This document shows, piece after piece, positions 32,231 through 43,806 of a stretch of DNA of 64,000 bases (positions within the stretch are counted from its first letter, which is position 1; each line of letters opens with the position of its first letter). Under the pieces are notes generated by a model, which worked only from the letters and a program-made list of their open reading frames with translations, did no database searches and was not told the origin of the DNA. The stretch spans positions 320,001 through 384,000 of the forward strand of contig NZ_CP157522.1 in NCBI RefSeq assembly GCF_049075655.1, in the 5' to 3' direction. The position numbers were made by a program, and so were the translations under genes. This stretch comes from Methanothermococcus sp. Ax23. Its GTDB lineage: Archaea; AGJL01; Methanococci; Methanococcales; Methanococcaceae.

Positions 32231-33481
32231 ATGATGTTTAAAAAACCAAAAGGAACAAGGGACTTTACACCTATTGAGATGAAAAAAAGAAGAATTATTG
32301 AAGATAAGCTAAGAACTGTATTTGACAGCTACAATTTCAAGGAAATAAACACCCCAACATTTGAGAGCTTCGAGCTTCTATCAAAAAAAACTGGTGAAGA
32401 TATAAGAAAGCAGTTGTTTGTTTTCAAAGACCATGGAAACAGAGAGATGGGACTTAGACCGGAGCTCACATCATCAGTTGTAAGATTCTATATAAATGAG
32501 CTTAAAAACCTTCCAAAGCCGTTAAAATTATACTACTTTGCAAACTGTTTTAGATACGAGAACCCGCAGGCTGGTAGATACAGAGAATTCTGGCAAATGG
32601 GATGTGAATTAATAGGTAGTAAATACCCAATAGCAGATGCAGAGATTATAAATTTGGCAATGGATGGGCTGAATAAAATAAATATGGATTATGAAATACA
32701 CATAGGACATTTAGGAGTATTAAAAGGAATATTTAAGGAATTTGAACTTCCAGAGGAAGAAGAATTAAAAATAAGAAGATTGATTGATAAGGAAGATTAC
32801 GAAGGTTTGGAAAATTATTTATCCGAACTTAAATCATCCGATGATTTAAAGGACATAATATTTAAAATACTAAATTCAAAAGGAGATAAATCTGTAATAT
32901 CTGATTTAAAAGAAGTTTTAAAGGATTATCCAACATCAATTGAAGCATTGAATAATTTAGAGGAAATTCTCGAATTTGTAAAGCACGATAATATTGTAAT
33001 AAATTTCGGTATAGCCAGAGGATTGGATTATTATACTGGGATGGTATTTGAAATCTACGGAAAGAGGGAAGGAGCTCGGCAGGTGTGCGGTGGTGGAAGA
33101 TACGACAATTTAATTGAGTTATTTGGAGAACAACCCACACCAGCAGTTGGTTTTGCCTACGGATTTGACAGAGTTATGCTGAATATCGATGATTTTGAAG
33201 TTGAAGATGAAAGCATACTAATAATACCAATTAAAAAAGATAAAAAACTTTTAAAAGAGTGCTTAAATATTGCAGATGTGCTTAGAGAAAGCGGAAAGAG
33301 TGTAGAAGTTGATTTAATGAACAGAAAATTAAATAAAGCTCTGAATTATGCCAATACCGTTGGAATTAATAAGGTAATTATAGTTGGTGAGAAGGAGCTC
33401 AGCGAAGGTAAGGTTTCATTGAAGAATATGAAAACAGGTGAACAAATATTAATTGATTTGGAGGATTTGAGCAGCATTTAA
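32231..33481 (+). CDS. hisS: Histidyl-tRNA synthetase
   Basis: [38 protein letters not shown]. Confidence 0.97.
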   Translation: MMFKKPKGTRDFTPIEMKKRRIIEDKLRTVFDSYNFKEINTPTFESFELLSKKTGEDIRKQLFVFKDHGNREMGLRPELTSSVVRFYINELKNLPKPLKLYYFANCFRYENPQAGRYREFWQMGCELIGSKYPIADAEIINLAMDGLNKINMDYEIHIGHLGVLKGIFKEFELPEEEELKIRRLIDKEDYEGLENYLSELKSSDDLKDIIFKILNSKGDKSVISDLKEVLKDYPTSIEALNNLEEILEFVKHDNIVINFGIARGLDYYTGMVFEIYGKREGARQVCGGGRYDNLIELFGEQPTPAVGFAYGFDRVMLNIDDFEVEDESILIIPIKKDKKLLKECLNIADVLRESGKSVEVDLMNRKLNKALNYANTVGINKVIIVGEKELSEGKVSLKNMKTGEQILIDLEDLSSI

Positions 33482-33652
33482 TTTTTTAATTATCTTTTTT
33501 AACCTTTACTTTTTAGTTATTACTTGTTTTTAAAATAGTCAAATCATATTATCCCACAATGATTAGAAAAATAGAACGAAGAAGGGACAACTCATTCATT
33601 TAAAATAATTTACTGTAATTTAAATAAGTATCGACGATATTTAGGTGAGCTC

Positions 33653-36600
33653 ATGGTATATTACGATTATCAATTTTTAAAGGAAAGAGGATTTTTTGAA
33701 AATCAGGGGAAATTTAATGAAGATAGGAAGGATATAATCGTAGATACTGATAACTATCTTGCATATATGGAAGTAAATAACAACAATGAAGTAGAAGAAT
33801 TAAAAAAACTTATTTTAAACAAGTATCCAAAAATAGAATTATTATACTTCCATTATCAAACTGACAACAAAATAAAAGTATTTAGAAGAACTGGAGGGAT
33901 TAAATGGTTTTATTACTCTGATACTATATCAAAACTTGAAAGAAAAAAGAGCAAACAAGATAAACTTAAAAAATTTTCACCAGATGATGTAGATACATTA
34001 TTTGATATTAAAGATGTAATGGATAAATTTTATAAGGACCTATGGGCTCACAGGTTAGAAATGGCTAAAAGCATAACTGAATCACTCACTGACAATGATA
34101 AATTATTCATTGCTCAACATTTTATTGACAGGCTAGTATTCTTTTACTTTTTAGCACAATTAGGAGTTATTGAAGTTAATATTGATAATAACGGAAGAAC
34201 CTACAATTACAAACTAAACAAAACTGGAACAAAAGACTTTTTTAACTTATTACTCAGCAGTTTTGAAGATGATAAATTACACCAGCTATTAAATAAAATA
34301 TTCTTTGAAGGATTGGGAAATAATGAGAATGCAGTTGATGGTTTTGTTGAGCTCACAATTCCAATGAATAATATGAATATTATAATTAAAGCCCCATACT
34401 TAAACGGTGGATTATACCGGGTAAAAAAATTTAACGGCATTGATGAGACCAATATAAAATTTGATGGAATTAAAAACTTAATAGAAACACTAAACCAGTA
34501 TGATTGGGTAATTGGTGAGTATGCAGAAGAGGATGACGATTCCGTAGGCAGTTTAACGCCAGAAGTAATGGGGTATGTTTATGAAAAATTTGTTGTTGGT
34601 TTAGAGAATATTGGGGAAATAAAATTAGATGAAATAGAGGTTGGTAAAGAAGTTAAAATCGGTAGGAAAAAAGTTGGTGCATTCTATACTCCAGAAGAAA
34701 TAACCAAATACATTTCAGAGAATACTATTACACCATACTTATTTGATAGGTTGAAAGTCAGCGAAAAGTATGATGATTTTAACGAGTTTGTAGATAACGG
34801 AACACCTGAGCTCCTAAAAAAATCATTGGAAGTTTTGAATGATATTAAGATTTTAGACCCTGCATGTGGTAGTGGGCATTTTTTAGTATGTGCAGGGGAG
34901 CTCCTATTTAATATGAAGAATACTATTTGTGAAAAGTTAGAAAAAAAGGATGATTCATTTAATAGAAAGCATAATGCCTATATTGAGATTAAAAATATTA
35001 TAGTGGATAATTTGTATGGGGTGGATATTTGTGATAGTGCTGTTGAGATTACTAAATTAAGATTATGGTTATGGTTGATAAGCCAGTTAAATGATAGTTC
35101 CTCTAAATTAGAACCATTGCCTAATTTGGAGTATAATATCAAATGTGGGAATAGTCTTATTGGCTGGGTTGATGAGGAATTAGCACAGATTTCATTAAAC
35201 AACCCTTACAATGATGAAGTAAAGGGTATTTTAAAAGGTTTAAGAGTAGCATTTAAAGGAAAAGATAGGGAAGATATTGATAACGCCAAAGATTTTTTTA
35301 ATAGTCATGATTTAAATAAATATATTGACTGCTATTGCCTATTATATAAACTTTATAGGAAATCTCACGGTGAGGAAGCTAACTATTTAAAAAAAATACT
35401 AGAAACAATAAGAGTTTCAATGTATAATAGCATAACTTCTGCATTTTTAGATTATATAAATATGAAAATAAAGCCCAAATACAGCAAAAATAAACCGCCA
35501 ATTGCAAAAGAAGAGTTTGATAAACTTCAAGTGTTCCATTGGAAAGTTGATTTTGGTTGGATTATTAAAAACGGAGGATTTGATATTGTAATTGGTAATC
35601 CACCTTATGGTAATATATTAAAAGGTATTGAAAAAAAGATTCTGGAAGAAGGAAAAATATTGGATGTAATTAAAACTGATAAAAAAGGAAAGGGGACGAA
35701 GAATGCTGCTGCAATATTTATCGAAAGGTCAAAAAGTCTTTTAAATAGTAGCGGCTATTTTGGTTTTATTGTCCCAAAAGCAATTTTATATGTTTCTGAA
35801 TGGGAAAAGACTAGAAAATTTCTATTGGAAAAAGTTAATATTAAAAGGGTTGTGGATAATGGTAAGGCGTTCAAAGATGTTAAATTAGAAATGGCTACTA
35901 TAATTTTTAAAAATAATAGTGGCTATAAAAATACCAATAATGTTGTTGTTCATAGTTTATATCTTGATAATTATTCCAAATATTCCACTAATCCATACTC
36001 CATTAATATAAAATATCTCACGAGCAAAAGATTTATTACTGAAATGGATGAGGAAAAAGAAAAAATAATATCTATCATTTTAAAAGATTCTGTATTGTTA
36101 GGAGATATTTCGGAAAATTATAAGGGATTGTCAGTAAATAATAAAGTTTCCAGTGAAAAAACTGAAAATTCGGTTGAGATATTGAGGGGAAATGATATAC
36201 AGAGGTGTTATTTGCGTTCAAAATCATATATTGACAAAAAATATTTAGAAAATATTAATTTTAAAGGTTCAAACCTACAATTTCAAGAAATACTTGCCCA
36301 TATTCAAAATCCAAAACCTCATATAAAAATAACCGGAGTTTATTTAGAGGAACCGTTATTAAATTTAAATACAATTACAAATATCAAATTAACATCTGAT
36401 GAAATTAACGATAAATACTTATTATTACTTCTTCATTCAGAATTAATTAATTGGTATGTGTATAAATATATATACATTAATTCAATAAGAACCATGCACT
36501 TTTCTGGGTCATATATAGAGGATATTCCAATTAAGTTATCAGATAACCAAGATATGTTTGTTAAATTGTGCAATTGCCTTATACTATTAAATCAGACAGA

Positions 36601-36862
36601 ATATAGATATAAATATAATGAAATAATAACATATATTGAAAATATAGCAAACCTCTTAATATATGAGCTCTACTTGGGGGAGGAGGTTATTGGTCATGAA
36701 TTAACTAAATTATTAAGTGGGAAGATATTAAAACTAAAACTTGAGGATATATCATCGATTGAAAAATTTATTTTGGAGTTAAAAGATAATCAAGATATTC
36801 AAAGAATAATAAATGATATAAAAAACAATAATTATGTTAAAATCATAAGGGGGTTATTGTAA
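33653..36862 (+). CDS. Large gamma-class N6-adenine DNA methyltransferase (Eco57I/TaqI-like)
   Basis: PYLNGGL, GAFYTP, ILDPACGSGHFL, YGVDI, IGNPPY, TaqI_C-like TRD. Confidence 0.88.
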   Translation: MVYYDYQFLKERGFFENQGKFNEDRKDIIVDTDNYLAYMEVNNNNEVEELKKLILNKYPKIELLYFHYQTDNKIKVFRRTGGIKWFYYSDTISKLERKKSKQDKLKKFSPDDVDTLFDIKDVMDKFYKDLWAHRLEMAKSITESLTDNDKLFIAQHFIDRLVFFYFLAQLGVIEVNIDNNGRTYNYKLNKTGTKDFFNLLLSSFEDDKLHQLLNKIFFEGLGNNENAVDGFVELTIPMNNMNIIIKAPYLNGGLYRVKKFNGIDETNIKFDGIKNLIETLNQYDWVIGEYAEEDDDSVGSLTPEVMGYVYEKFVVGLENIGEIKLDEIEVGKEVKIGRKKVGAFYTPEEITKYISENTITPYLFDRLKVSEKYDDFNEFVDNGTPELLKKSLEVLNDIKILDPACGSGHFLVCAGELLFNMKNTICEKLEKKDDSFNRKHNAYIEIKNIIVDNLYGVDICDSAVEITKLRLWLWLISQLNDSSSKLEPLPNLEYNIKCGNSLIGWVDEELAQISLNNPYNDEVKGILKGLRVAFKGKDREDIDNAKDFFNSHDLNKYIDCYCLLYKLYRKSHGEEANYLKKILETIRVSMYNSITSAFLDYINMKIKPKYSKNKPPIAKEEFDKLQVFHWKVDFGWIIKNGGFDIVIGNPPYGNILKGIEKKILEEGKILDVIKTDKKGKGTKNAAAIFIERSKSLLNSSGYFGFIVPKAILYVSEWEKTRKFLLEKVNIKRVVDNGKAFKDVKLEMATIIFKNNSGYKNTNNVVVHSLYLDNYSKYSTNPYSINIKYLTSKRFITEMDEEKEKIISIILKDSVLLGDISENYKGLSVNNKVSSEKTENSVEILRGNDIQRCYLRSKSYIDKKYLENINFKGSNLQFQEILAHIQNPKPHIKITGVYLEEPLLNLNTITNIKLTSDEINDKYLLLLLHSELINWYVYKYIYINSIRTMHFSGSYIEDIPIKLSDNQDMFVKLCNCLILLNQTEYRYKYNEIITYIENIANLLIYELYLGEEVIGHELTKLLSGKILKLKLEDISSIEKFILELKDNQDIQRIINDIKNNNYVKIIRGLL

Positions 36863-37512
36863 TGACTCAAAGTAGATTTGAACACGGATCTGAAAATAAT
36901 GAAATGGAGTTATTTAAATTGTCCTTGGAATATTTGGAGGGATGCAAAGATTTTAAAGGAATTAAAAATCTAATTGAGAAATACGATAAAATTAAAACCA
37001 ATAAGGAGGATATGCAACATCCTAATAAAGATATACTCGTAAAATTTAAGGATACAACGAAACCTATTATTATGGAACTTCAACAATCCTCCATAGATGA
37101 TTTTAGAAAGTATGGGGATATAAGACTCGATTATGTCTCAGCATATATTCCATATATTAAAATTTGGGGAGGTTTAAAAAATTTCAATAAGAAAATAAAC
37201 AATAAAGAAATAACTATTAATAAATGGGGAAAATTAAAAGAATGTGATGCAGATATTTTAATTTATGTTATTTGTGAGTACGAGAATAATACCAAGACAT
37301 ATAAAAATGTTGATAAAATTTTGATATTGGATATAGAAGAATTACAAAACCATTTGAATTATTGGGAGAATACCTATGGATATAATCTAAAAACAAATAA
37401 TAAAAAGGATGAATACTGGGGTTCAGCGTTTATCCCCATACCTGAGAATGATGAAGTTTTACAACAATGCAAAATCAGGTCATTACAGGATTTAAAAACA
37501 AAGTTTTTATAA
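36862..37512 (+). CDS. Hypothetical protein, putative restriction endonuclease
   Basis: Translationally coupled to the MTase (TAATG overlap); D..E-x-Q spacing reminiscent of PD-(D/E)xK. Confidence 0.45.
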   Translation: MTQSRFEHGSENNEMELFKLSLEYLEGCKDFKGIKNLIEKYDKIKTNKEDMQHPNKDILVKFKDTTKPIIMELQQSSIDDFRKYGDIRLDYVSAYIPYIKIWGGLKNFNKKINNKEITINKWGKLKECDADILIYVICEYENNTKTYKNVDKILILDIEELQNHLNYWENTYGYNLKTNNKKDEYWGSAFIPIPENDEVLQQCKIRSLQDLKTKFL

Positions 37513-37583
37513 ATCCGCAACTTTTGTTGCAGGCTATGAAAATCCTTCGGATTTTCATTTAATTAGTCGTTGGGCTAGGTCAA
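37513..37583 (+). repeat. Double-hairpin unit plus IS200/IS605 right-end remnant
   Basis: CCGCAAC-TTTT-GTTGCAGG and ATGAAAATCC-TTCG-GATTTTCAT, then TTAGTCGTTGGGCTAGGTCAA (compare 45269-45289). Confidence 0.7.
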
Positions 37584-37584
37584 A

Positions 37585-38934
37585 TTATCCATTCAACCCT
37601 TCAATAATCCTTTTTATCTCTTCGATTTTTTCGTTCATAAGCTCCTCAGTATCAGCCTCCAAATTCAATCTTAAAAGCGGTTCTGTGTTTGAAGGTCGGA
37701 CATTAAACCACCAATTGTCGCAGTATATAGATATTCCATCGATTTCTTCAATTTTGCATTTACTGTATCTATTTTTTAGCTCATCCATTATCAATTTTTG
37801 GTCTTTTACCTTAAAGTTTATCTCTCCGCTGTGGAAGTATTTTTTATACTCCTTCGATAATTCAGAAAGTGGCTTTCCCATATCCTTTATAGCACATAAT
37901 ATGTAATTTAAAGCAAGCAGTGGGCTTTCAAAATATCCAACTTCTTTAAAGTAAAAGTGATTTGAGAGCTCACCTGCAAATTCTGCATCTACTTCGTGCA
38001 TAAGTTTTTTTATAAAATAATGCCCAACTCGTGTTTTTATCGGAGCTCCGCCATATTTTTCAATCATTTCAGGAACAATCTTACTACATCTTAAATCATA
38101 AACTATTTTTATTTCCTTTTCATTTCCATTCTTAGTTTCCTTTTTCTCCTTCAATATCTCTATGGCTATTAAGACCGTTAATATATCCCCCTGCAAGACA
38201 TTGCCTTTTTCATCAATTATTCCAATTCTATCTCCGTCTCCATCAAATATTACTCCAATATCGCAATTTTCATTTTTAACGGCATTTATTATATCCACTA
38301 AGCAGGATTTTTTCAATGTGTCAGGCTGATGTGCAGGAAATGTTCCATCTGGGTAGTCGTTTATAAATACATGATTAGGTGCTAAATTCTTCAATATCTC
38401 CTTTTCTGCAATAGCTGTGCTTCCATTTGCAAAATCAACTGCTATTTTTATATCGCAGGATACACACCTGTTTAAAAAGAATTTTTTATAATCTGTGATT
38501 ATATCCACCTTTAATTTATCCAAATCGATTTCTTCAATTTCCTTTTTCTGAGCTTCATTTAGTTCATGTTCTTCAAAAATTGGTTTTATTTCATCTATTG
38601 GAGATATTGGAATAGCTTTTTTATCACACATTTTAAATCCAGTATATTCCGGCGGATTGTGGGATGCCGTTAAAATTACCCCCAAATCATAATTATCCTT
38701 TGTTCCAAAATACATCAATGGTGTGGATATTGTTCCAGCATAGGATACTTTTGCACCTGATTCAAGTAGTCCATATATAAATGGCTTGGTGAGCTCCTTT
38801 GAACCTATCCTTACGTCGTTTCCAACCAGTATATTTTTATACTTTTTTCCAAGGGATTTTCCAAGAGAATATGCAAAATTTTCGTCAATTTGTTCTTTAA
38901 AAACGCCCCTAATATCATAAGCTTTAAATACCAC
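37585..38934 (-). CDS. Phosphomannomutase/phosphoglucomutase
   Basis: FKAYDIRG, TASHNP, DGDGDR, GELSNH, RPSNTEP. Confidence 0.95.
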   Translation of the reverse strand: MVFKAYDIRGVFKEQIDENFAYSLGKSLGKKYKNILVGNDVRIGSKELTKPFIYGLLESGAKVSYAGTISTPLMYFGTKDNYDLGVILTASHNPPEYTGFKMCDKKAIPISPIDEIKPIFEEHELNEAQKKEIEEIDLDKLKVDIITDYKKFFLNRCVSCDIKIAVDFANGSTAIAEKEILKNLAPNHVFINDYPDGTFPAHQPDTLKKSCLVDIINAVKNENCDIGVIFDGDGDRIGIIDEKGNVLQGDILTVLIAIEILKEKKETKNGNEKEIKIVYDLRCSKIVPEMIEKYGGAPIKTRVGHYFIKKLMHEVDAEFAGELSNHFYFKEVGYFESPLLALNYILCAIKDMGKPLSELSKEYKKYFHSGEINFKVKDQKLIMDELKNRYSKCKIEEIDGISIYCDNWWFNVRPSNTEPLLRLNLEADTEELMNEKIEEIKRIIEGLNG

Positions 38935-39161
38935 ATTATCACCACTTGGTAAGAATTATAAGATTTATATTTTTTATTCCCAATTAATTATTGTTAATAT
39001 GTTATTTTAATATATTATTTCTTTTTATTTTTATATGTCTTTATTTATCTTAATTATCTCTTAACTATCTTAGTTAATTGGAATATATCGTGAATAATAG
39101 AAATCTTTAAATAATTTATAATCAAATTAATTAAAGGTTAATTTTTATGGAGGTCTAAGCG

Positions 39162-40172
39162 ATGACATGCACCATAGTAGTAGGTGGCCAGTGGGGCGAC
39201 GAAGGAAAAGGTAAAATTATTAGTTATTTATGCGATAAAGACAATCCCTCAATAGTTGCAAGAGGGGGCGTAGGTCCTAATGCAGGGCATACTGTTGAAG
39301 TTGATGGTGAAAAGTACGGTATAAGAATGATTCCAACAGGATTTCCAAACAAGAGCTCCAAACTTGCAATCGGTGCAGGAGTGTTGGTTGACCCTGAGGT
39401 ACTTTTGAAAGAGATTGAAATGCTCGATAAGTTTAATATAAAGGATAGATTGATTGTTGATAAAAATTGTGGAATAATCGAGGAAAAACATAAGGAAATG
39501 GACAAATCAAACAGCCATTTATCAAAGGAAATCGGCTCCACTGGAACAGGATGCGGTCCAGCAAATGTTGATAGGGCAATGAGAACATTAAAACTTGCTA
39601 AGGATATTGATGCTTTAAAACCATTTTTAGGCGATGTATCAGATGCAGTAAATGATGCACTTGACAATGACGAGAATGTTTTGATTGAAGGAACACAGGG
39701 AACACTTTTATCTTTATACTATGGAAGCTACCCTTATGTTACCTCAAAAGACACAACTGCATCATCCTTTGCTGCTGATGTTGGTGTCGGACCTACAAAG
39801 ATTGATGAAGTTGTAGTTGTTTTTAAATCATACCCTACAAGAGTTGGAGAAGGTCCATTCCCTACTGAGATGTCATTTGAAGAATCTGAAAAATTAGGAC
39901 TTGTGGAGTATGGAACAGTTACAGGTAGGAGAAGAAGAATAGGGTTCTTTGACTATGAGCTCGCAAAAAGAGTATGTAGATTAAACGGTGCTACTCAGAT
40001 AGCATTAACCTGTTTGGATAAATACGACGAAGAATGCTACGGAATCACCAACTACGATGATTTAACTGAAAAAGGAAAGGCATTTATAAAAGAAATCGAA
40101 GAAAAAGTAGGAGTTCCTGTTACTCTTATATCCACAGGACCTGAGCTCCACCAGACAATAGATTTAAGATAA
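39162..40172 (+). CDS. purA: Adenylosuccinate synthetase
   Basis: [28 protein letters not shown]. Confidence 0.97.
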   Translation: MTCTIVVGGQWGDEGKGKIISYLCDKDNPSIVARGGVGPNAGHTVEVDGEKYGIRMIPTGFPNKSSKLAIGAGVLVDPEVLLKEIEMLDKFNIKDRLIVDKNCGIIEEKHKEMDKSNSHLSKEIGSTGTGCGPANVDRAMRTLKLAKDIDALKPFLGDVSDAVNDALDNDENVLIEGTQGTLLSLYYGSYPYVTSKDTTASSFAADVGVGPTKIDEVVVVFKSYPTRVGEGPFPTEMSFEESEKLGLVEYGTVTGRRRRIGFFDYELAKRVCRLNGATQIALTCLDKYDEECYGITNYDDLTEKGKAFIKEIEEKVGVPVTLISTGPELHQTIDLR

Positions 40173-40323
40173 ATACATCCATATGCAGTAATACATTTAC
40201 TTTATTTTTTATATTATTTAGTTTTGCATTATTTTTTTACTGTTAATATTGATTAATTTTTTATAGATTATTTTTTATATATGGATTAGTTTAGTTTTTA
40301 ATAAAATATTATAAAGGGATATT

Positions 40324-41271
40324 ATGAATTTTAAAACCATAACGGATAAAATAATCGTGATTGATAAAAATTATGAGATGCCCTTTTCCAAAGGTCTTCT
40401 TGCAAGGTCACTAACAGCTGCGGGAATGAAGCCAAGTGAGGCATATATGGTGGCAAAGGAAATTGAAAAAACATTGGAAGATGAGGGGCTTGACACCATT
40501 ACAAAGGATGACCTTAGAAAAAGAGTATATTACTACTTGCTAGTTAAAAATTATGAGCATATCGCTGAGAAATATCTTCTATGGAGACGAATTTTGAAAA
40601 AACACCCAATTGTTATATTAATTGGGGGGGCAAGTGGTGTTGGAACATCGACGATAGCTTTTGAACTGGCTTCACGATTGGGTATCCCTAGCGTTATGGG
40701 GACTGATTCAATTAGGGAGGTAATGAGGAGAAGCATATCAAAAGATTTAGTTCCAATGCTTTACGAATCTTCATATACCGCATGGAAGGCTCTAAGAATT
40801 CCAAGTATGGATGATAAAGAAACCTGCGATAAACATATATTGGGATTCGAAAGGCATATAGAACCTGTATTAATTGGAATTGAAAGTTTAATTGATAGAA
40901 GCTTAACTGAGGGATTGAGCATTATCATAGAGGGAACACACATAGTCCCCGGATTTATGAAGGAGAAATATACATCAATGCCAAATATCATTACCATTAT
41001 ATTAACACTGAGCTCTGAAAAAATGCATAAAAAGAGATTTTCAGCAAGGGCAAAGGTTAGTGCAAGACCTATGGAGAGATATTTAAAAAACTTTAAAATA
41101 ATAAGAAAGATAAACCAATATATTGTTGAACGGGCGGAAGAAAATGATGTTCCAGTAATTGAGAATGTTTCCATAAGCCAGAGTGTAGAGAAATGTTTGG
41201 AAATTATAACTGAGAGATTTAATTATTTGGATAAAACCGAAAACGAAGATAATGACGAGGATATTTATTAA
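40324..41271 (+). CDS. pgk2: 2-phosphoglycerate kinase
   Basis: ATP-cone [33 protein letters not shown]. Confidence 0.9.
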   Translation: MNFKTITDKIIVIDKNYEMPFSKGLLARSLTAAGMKPSEAYMVAKEIEKTLEDEGLDTITKDDLRKRVYYYLLVKNYEHIAEKYLLWRRILKKHPIVILIGGASGVGTSTIAFELASRLGIPSVMGTDSIREVMRRSISKDLVPMLYESSYTAWKALRIPSMDDKETCDKHILGFERHIEPVLIGIESLIDRSLTEGLSIIIEGTHIVPGFMKEKYTSMPNIITIILTLSSEKMHKKRFSARAKVSARPMERYLKNFKIIRKINQYIVERAEENDVPVIENVSISQSVEKCLEIITERFNYLDKTENEDNDEDIY

Positions 41272-41406
41272 AATAAGGTATAAATAAATTTATAATTAAA
41301 ATCCTGATAAATCACGGTAAATTGTGATTAAACTTATAATAATTTATAACCTTGGAAAATAAACTTAAAAAGGTTATCTATTAGCTTTGGCATTATTTGG
41401 GATAGT

Positions 41407-42843
41407 ATGGAAGTATTTAAAAAAAAGGACATTTTGGGTATTCTCCATGAGCTCGGTATATTAATATCATCTATTGGGCTCATTATGATGATGCCGGTGT
41501 TTGTTGGATTGTATTTCAACGAACCTATTTATTATTTTTTTTATCCCAGTTTAATATTTACTTTACTGGGAATTTTAATAAATAAATTTACAAAACCGAT
41601 ATCTATTAAATTAAAACATGCTATGGTTGTATCTGCGCTAGCATGGTTATTTGCATCATTAATTGGAGCAATTCCTTTTTATTTAGGAATAACCCATTTT
41701 GGATATATAGATGGCGTTTTTGAAAGCATGTCCGCATGGACTACAACGGGATTTACGCTGATAAATGATGTGGAAGCCCTTCCCCACACACTGCAATTTT
41801 GGAGGAGTTTGGAGCAATGGGTTGGGGGAATAGGGGTTCTTGTAATGGTAATTACCATTCTATCAAAAACAGGAGCTTCGGCATATTATCGAGCTGAGGC
41901 TAGAGAGGAAAAGATACTTCCAAGCACATCAAGCACAGTTAAAAAAATCTGGCAGATTTATTTATTATATACCTCCATAGGAATAAGTCTCCTTTATTTA
42001 AGCGGATTATCACTTTGGGAGGCAGTGAATATCTGTATGTGCGGCATATCAACTGGTGGAATGAGTATAAGCAATTCAAGTTTTCCATATAATGATTTTG
42101 CAAAGATTGTAATGATATTAATTATGACAATTGGAGGTATTGTTTCATTTGCAGTTCATCACAAAATTTTAACTGGAAGATGGATAGATGATATTCAAAC
42201 TAAGGTGGCAATCCCAATTATTATTGTAGCCTCTTTTATTCTTGTGGCATCATCCAATATTAATCCAATTGATGCAATTTTTACAGTAGTTTCTGCTATG
42301 ACAAGCACTGGATACTCCACAGTTAATATTCCAAATTTAAGCAACCTATCTCTTGCTATTTTAATAATTATTATGATGATTGGAGGTTCCACAGGAACAA
42401 CAACGGGAGGTATAAAACTTATAAGATTCGTGATAATGGTAAAAAGTTTTTACTATAAACTAAAAGAAGCTGTGTATCCCCACAATGCAGTTATATATAA
42501 AAAACTTGGAAATAATCCACTAACACCAAATCTTATTGTGGATGCCTATATTGTGGGTTTTATTTATGTATTGCACTATGTGCTTGGAACACTTTTTCTT
42601 ATATCTCTTGGATACGACCCCTTCAAATCAATCTTTGAATCGGTTTCACTTGTGGCAAATATGGGTCTTTCTGTGAATATAGTAAATCATGATTTAAATC
42701 CAATTGGAAAACTATTTGGCATATTTTCCATGTGGGTTGGAAGATTGGAGATAATCCCAGTATATGTTCTTATAATATTGCCGATGATACTAAAAATAAA
42801 AGACTCAAAAAAAGTAATATCTAAAAAAGATATTGTCAAATAA
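41407..42843 (+). CDS. trkH: TrkH potassium uptake membrane protein
   Basis: FESMSAWTTTG, W.GGIG, STGG, GGSTGTTTGGIK, GRLE. Confidence 0.92.
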   Translation: MEVFKKKDILGILHELGILISSIGLIMMMPVFVGLYFNEPIYYFFYPSLIFTLLGILINKFTKPISIKLKHAMVVSALAWLFASLIGAIPFYLGITHFGYIDGVFESMSAWTTTGFTLINDVEALPHTLQFWRSLEQWVGGIGVLVMVITILSKTGASAYYRAEAREEKILPSTSSTVKKIWQIYLLYTSIGISLLYLSGLSLWEAVNICMCGISTGGMSISNSSFPYNDFAKIVMILIMTIGGIVSFAVHHKILTGRWIDDIQTKVAIPIIIVASFILVASSNINPIDAIFTVVSAMTSTGYSTVNIPNLSNLSLAILIIIMMIGGSTGTTTGGIKLIRFVIMVKSFYYKLKEAVYPHNAVIYKKLGNNPLTPNLIVDAYIVGFIYVLHYVLGTLFLISLGYDPFKSIFESVSLVANMGLSVNIVNHDLNPIGKLFGIFSMWVGRLEIIPVYVLIILPMILKIKDSKKVISKKDIVK

Positions 42844-42860
42844 TTATCAAATGCTGAAAT

Positions 42861-43228
42861 CTGACCTACTCCAACGAGTGAACTCGTTGGGTTCTCGCTT
42901 ACGGTAGTAAGCGAGCAACGAAATCACGAAGTGATTTCGTCTAATTTTAGCAGGGTTTAACCCTACATGGGTGGCCAAGCCCACTACCCCTATCCCCGTT
43001 TAGGAGATTCAGGGCTACGCTGTATCACTAAGATTACTCTATCAAAACAAACCACGATACCAACCACTACCAGCGGTAGAGTTTTCACTAACCCTACCCA
43101 TTAGAACTTGGACTGGTAGCGTTACTTACTATTAATCTTCTCATATTTATATTTTACTACTTACTAGCCGATATAATGTCCGCCTCTCATCCAACGATTA
43201 AAATCGTTGGCTTTCTCGGCGGTTTATC
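42861..43228 (-). mobile_element. Non-autonomous IS200/IS605 MITE copy A carrying an omegaRNA-like right end
   Basis: Near-identical to 44432-44806. LE hairpin CCAACGAT-TTTA-ATCGTTGG follows a TTAC flank. RE hairpin CCAACGAG-TTCA-CTCGTTGG ends TCAG. Confidence 0.85.
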
Positions 43229-43344
43229 GTAAAATCCCAAAATTCTAAATTTATAAGTAAAATTTTAGCATAAGGTCATGCAATTGGTTTCATTTGTTTC
43301 AAAGTATATCATTTGATAGTATCAAATTAACCAATTGCTTTATA

Positions 43345-43435
43345 AGTCCCATTGCTGGTTTCGTTGCCGTCCCCAACTCGACTTAATGGGTGTGACCCGC
43401 ACCCCCCTACCCGCTACTGGATTCGCGGTTTGCTT
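43345..43435 (-). ncRNA. GC-rich intergenic island, candidate ncRNA or mobile-element remnant
   Basis: Markedly higher GC than its AT-rich spacer; TATA-like AAATATATAC just upstream on the minus strand; CCCATT/AATGGG pairing. Confidence 0.35.
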
Positions 43436-43806
43436 ACTTTGTATATATTTTTCATTTAAAGTCGGAAGAAATAGTATTAAAGTGATACTTACTATAAAAC
43501 ATAGTTCGTAATAGTATTTAAAACTTATGATATTATTATTTGACAATATTTGAAACATTTGGTTCAAAAGTGTAGATGATATTATTTTTACAATAATATA
43601 GGATAATAAGTTATTTCAAAGAATTCATATTTCAACAACCTCTAACATATCATAACATTTATATATGTGTAGTATATACACAAATGTAATATCAAAGAAA
43701 TCTTTAAAAATGCGGTAGTTGATGCAGTTCCATCAAATTTAAGAATTAAACTTAAAGGGCACGGAAAAGGGTTTGAATTAGGCGATAATATAAAAAGGTG
43801 ATATTT

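Noticed and set aside
33482-33640. IS605 left end that would make the MTase locus IS cargo
   Set aside because: No subterminal hairpin or guide tetranucleotide found; only the RE remnant at 37563-37583 exists.
43345-43400. HDV-like ribozyme (3' end AATGGGAC)
   Set aside because: I could not build the nested double pseudoknot.
43340-43567. 75-aa ORF on minus strand
   Set aside because: No RBS or recognisable motif; it runs through AT-rich promoter-like DNA.
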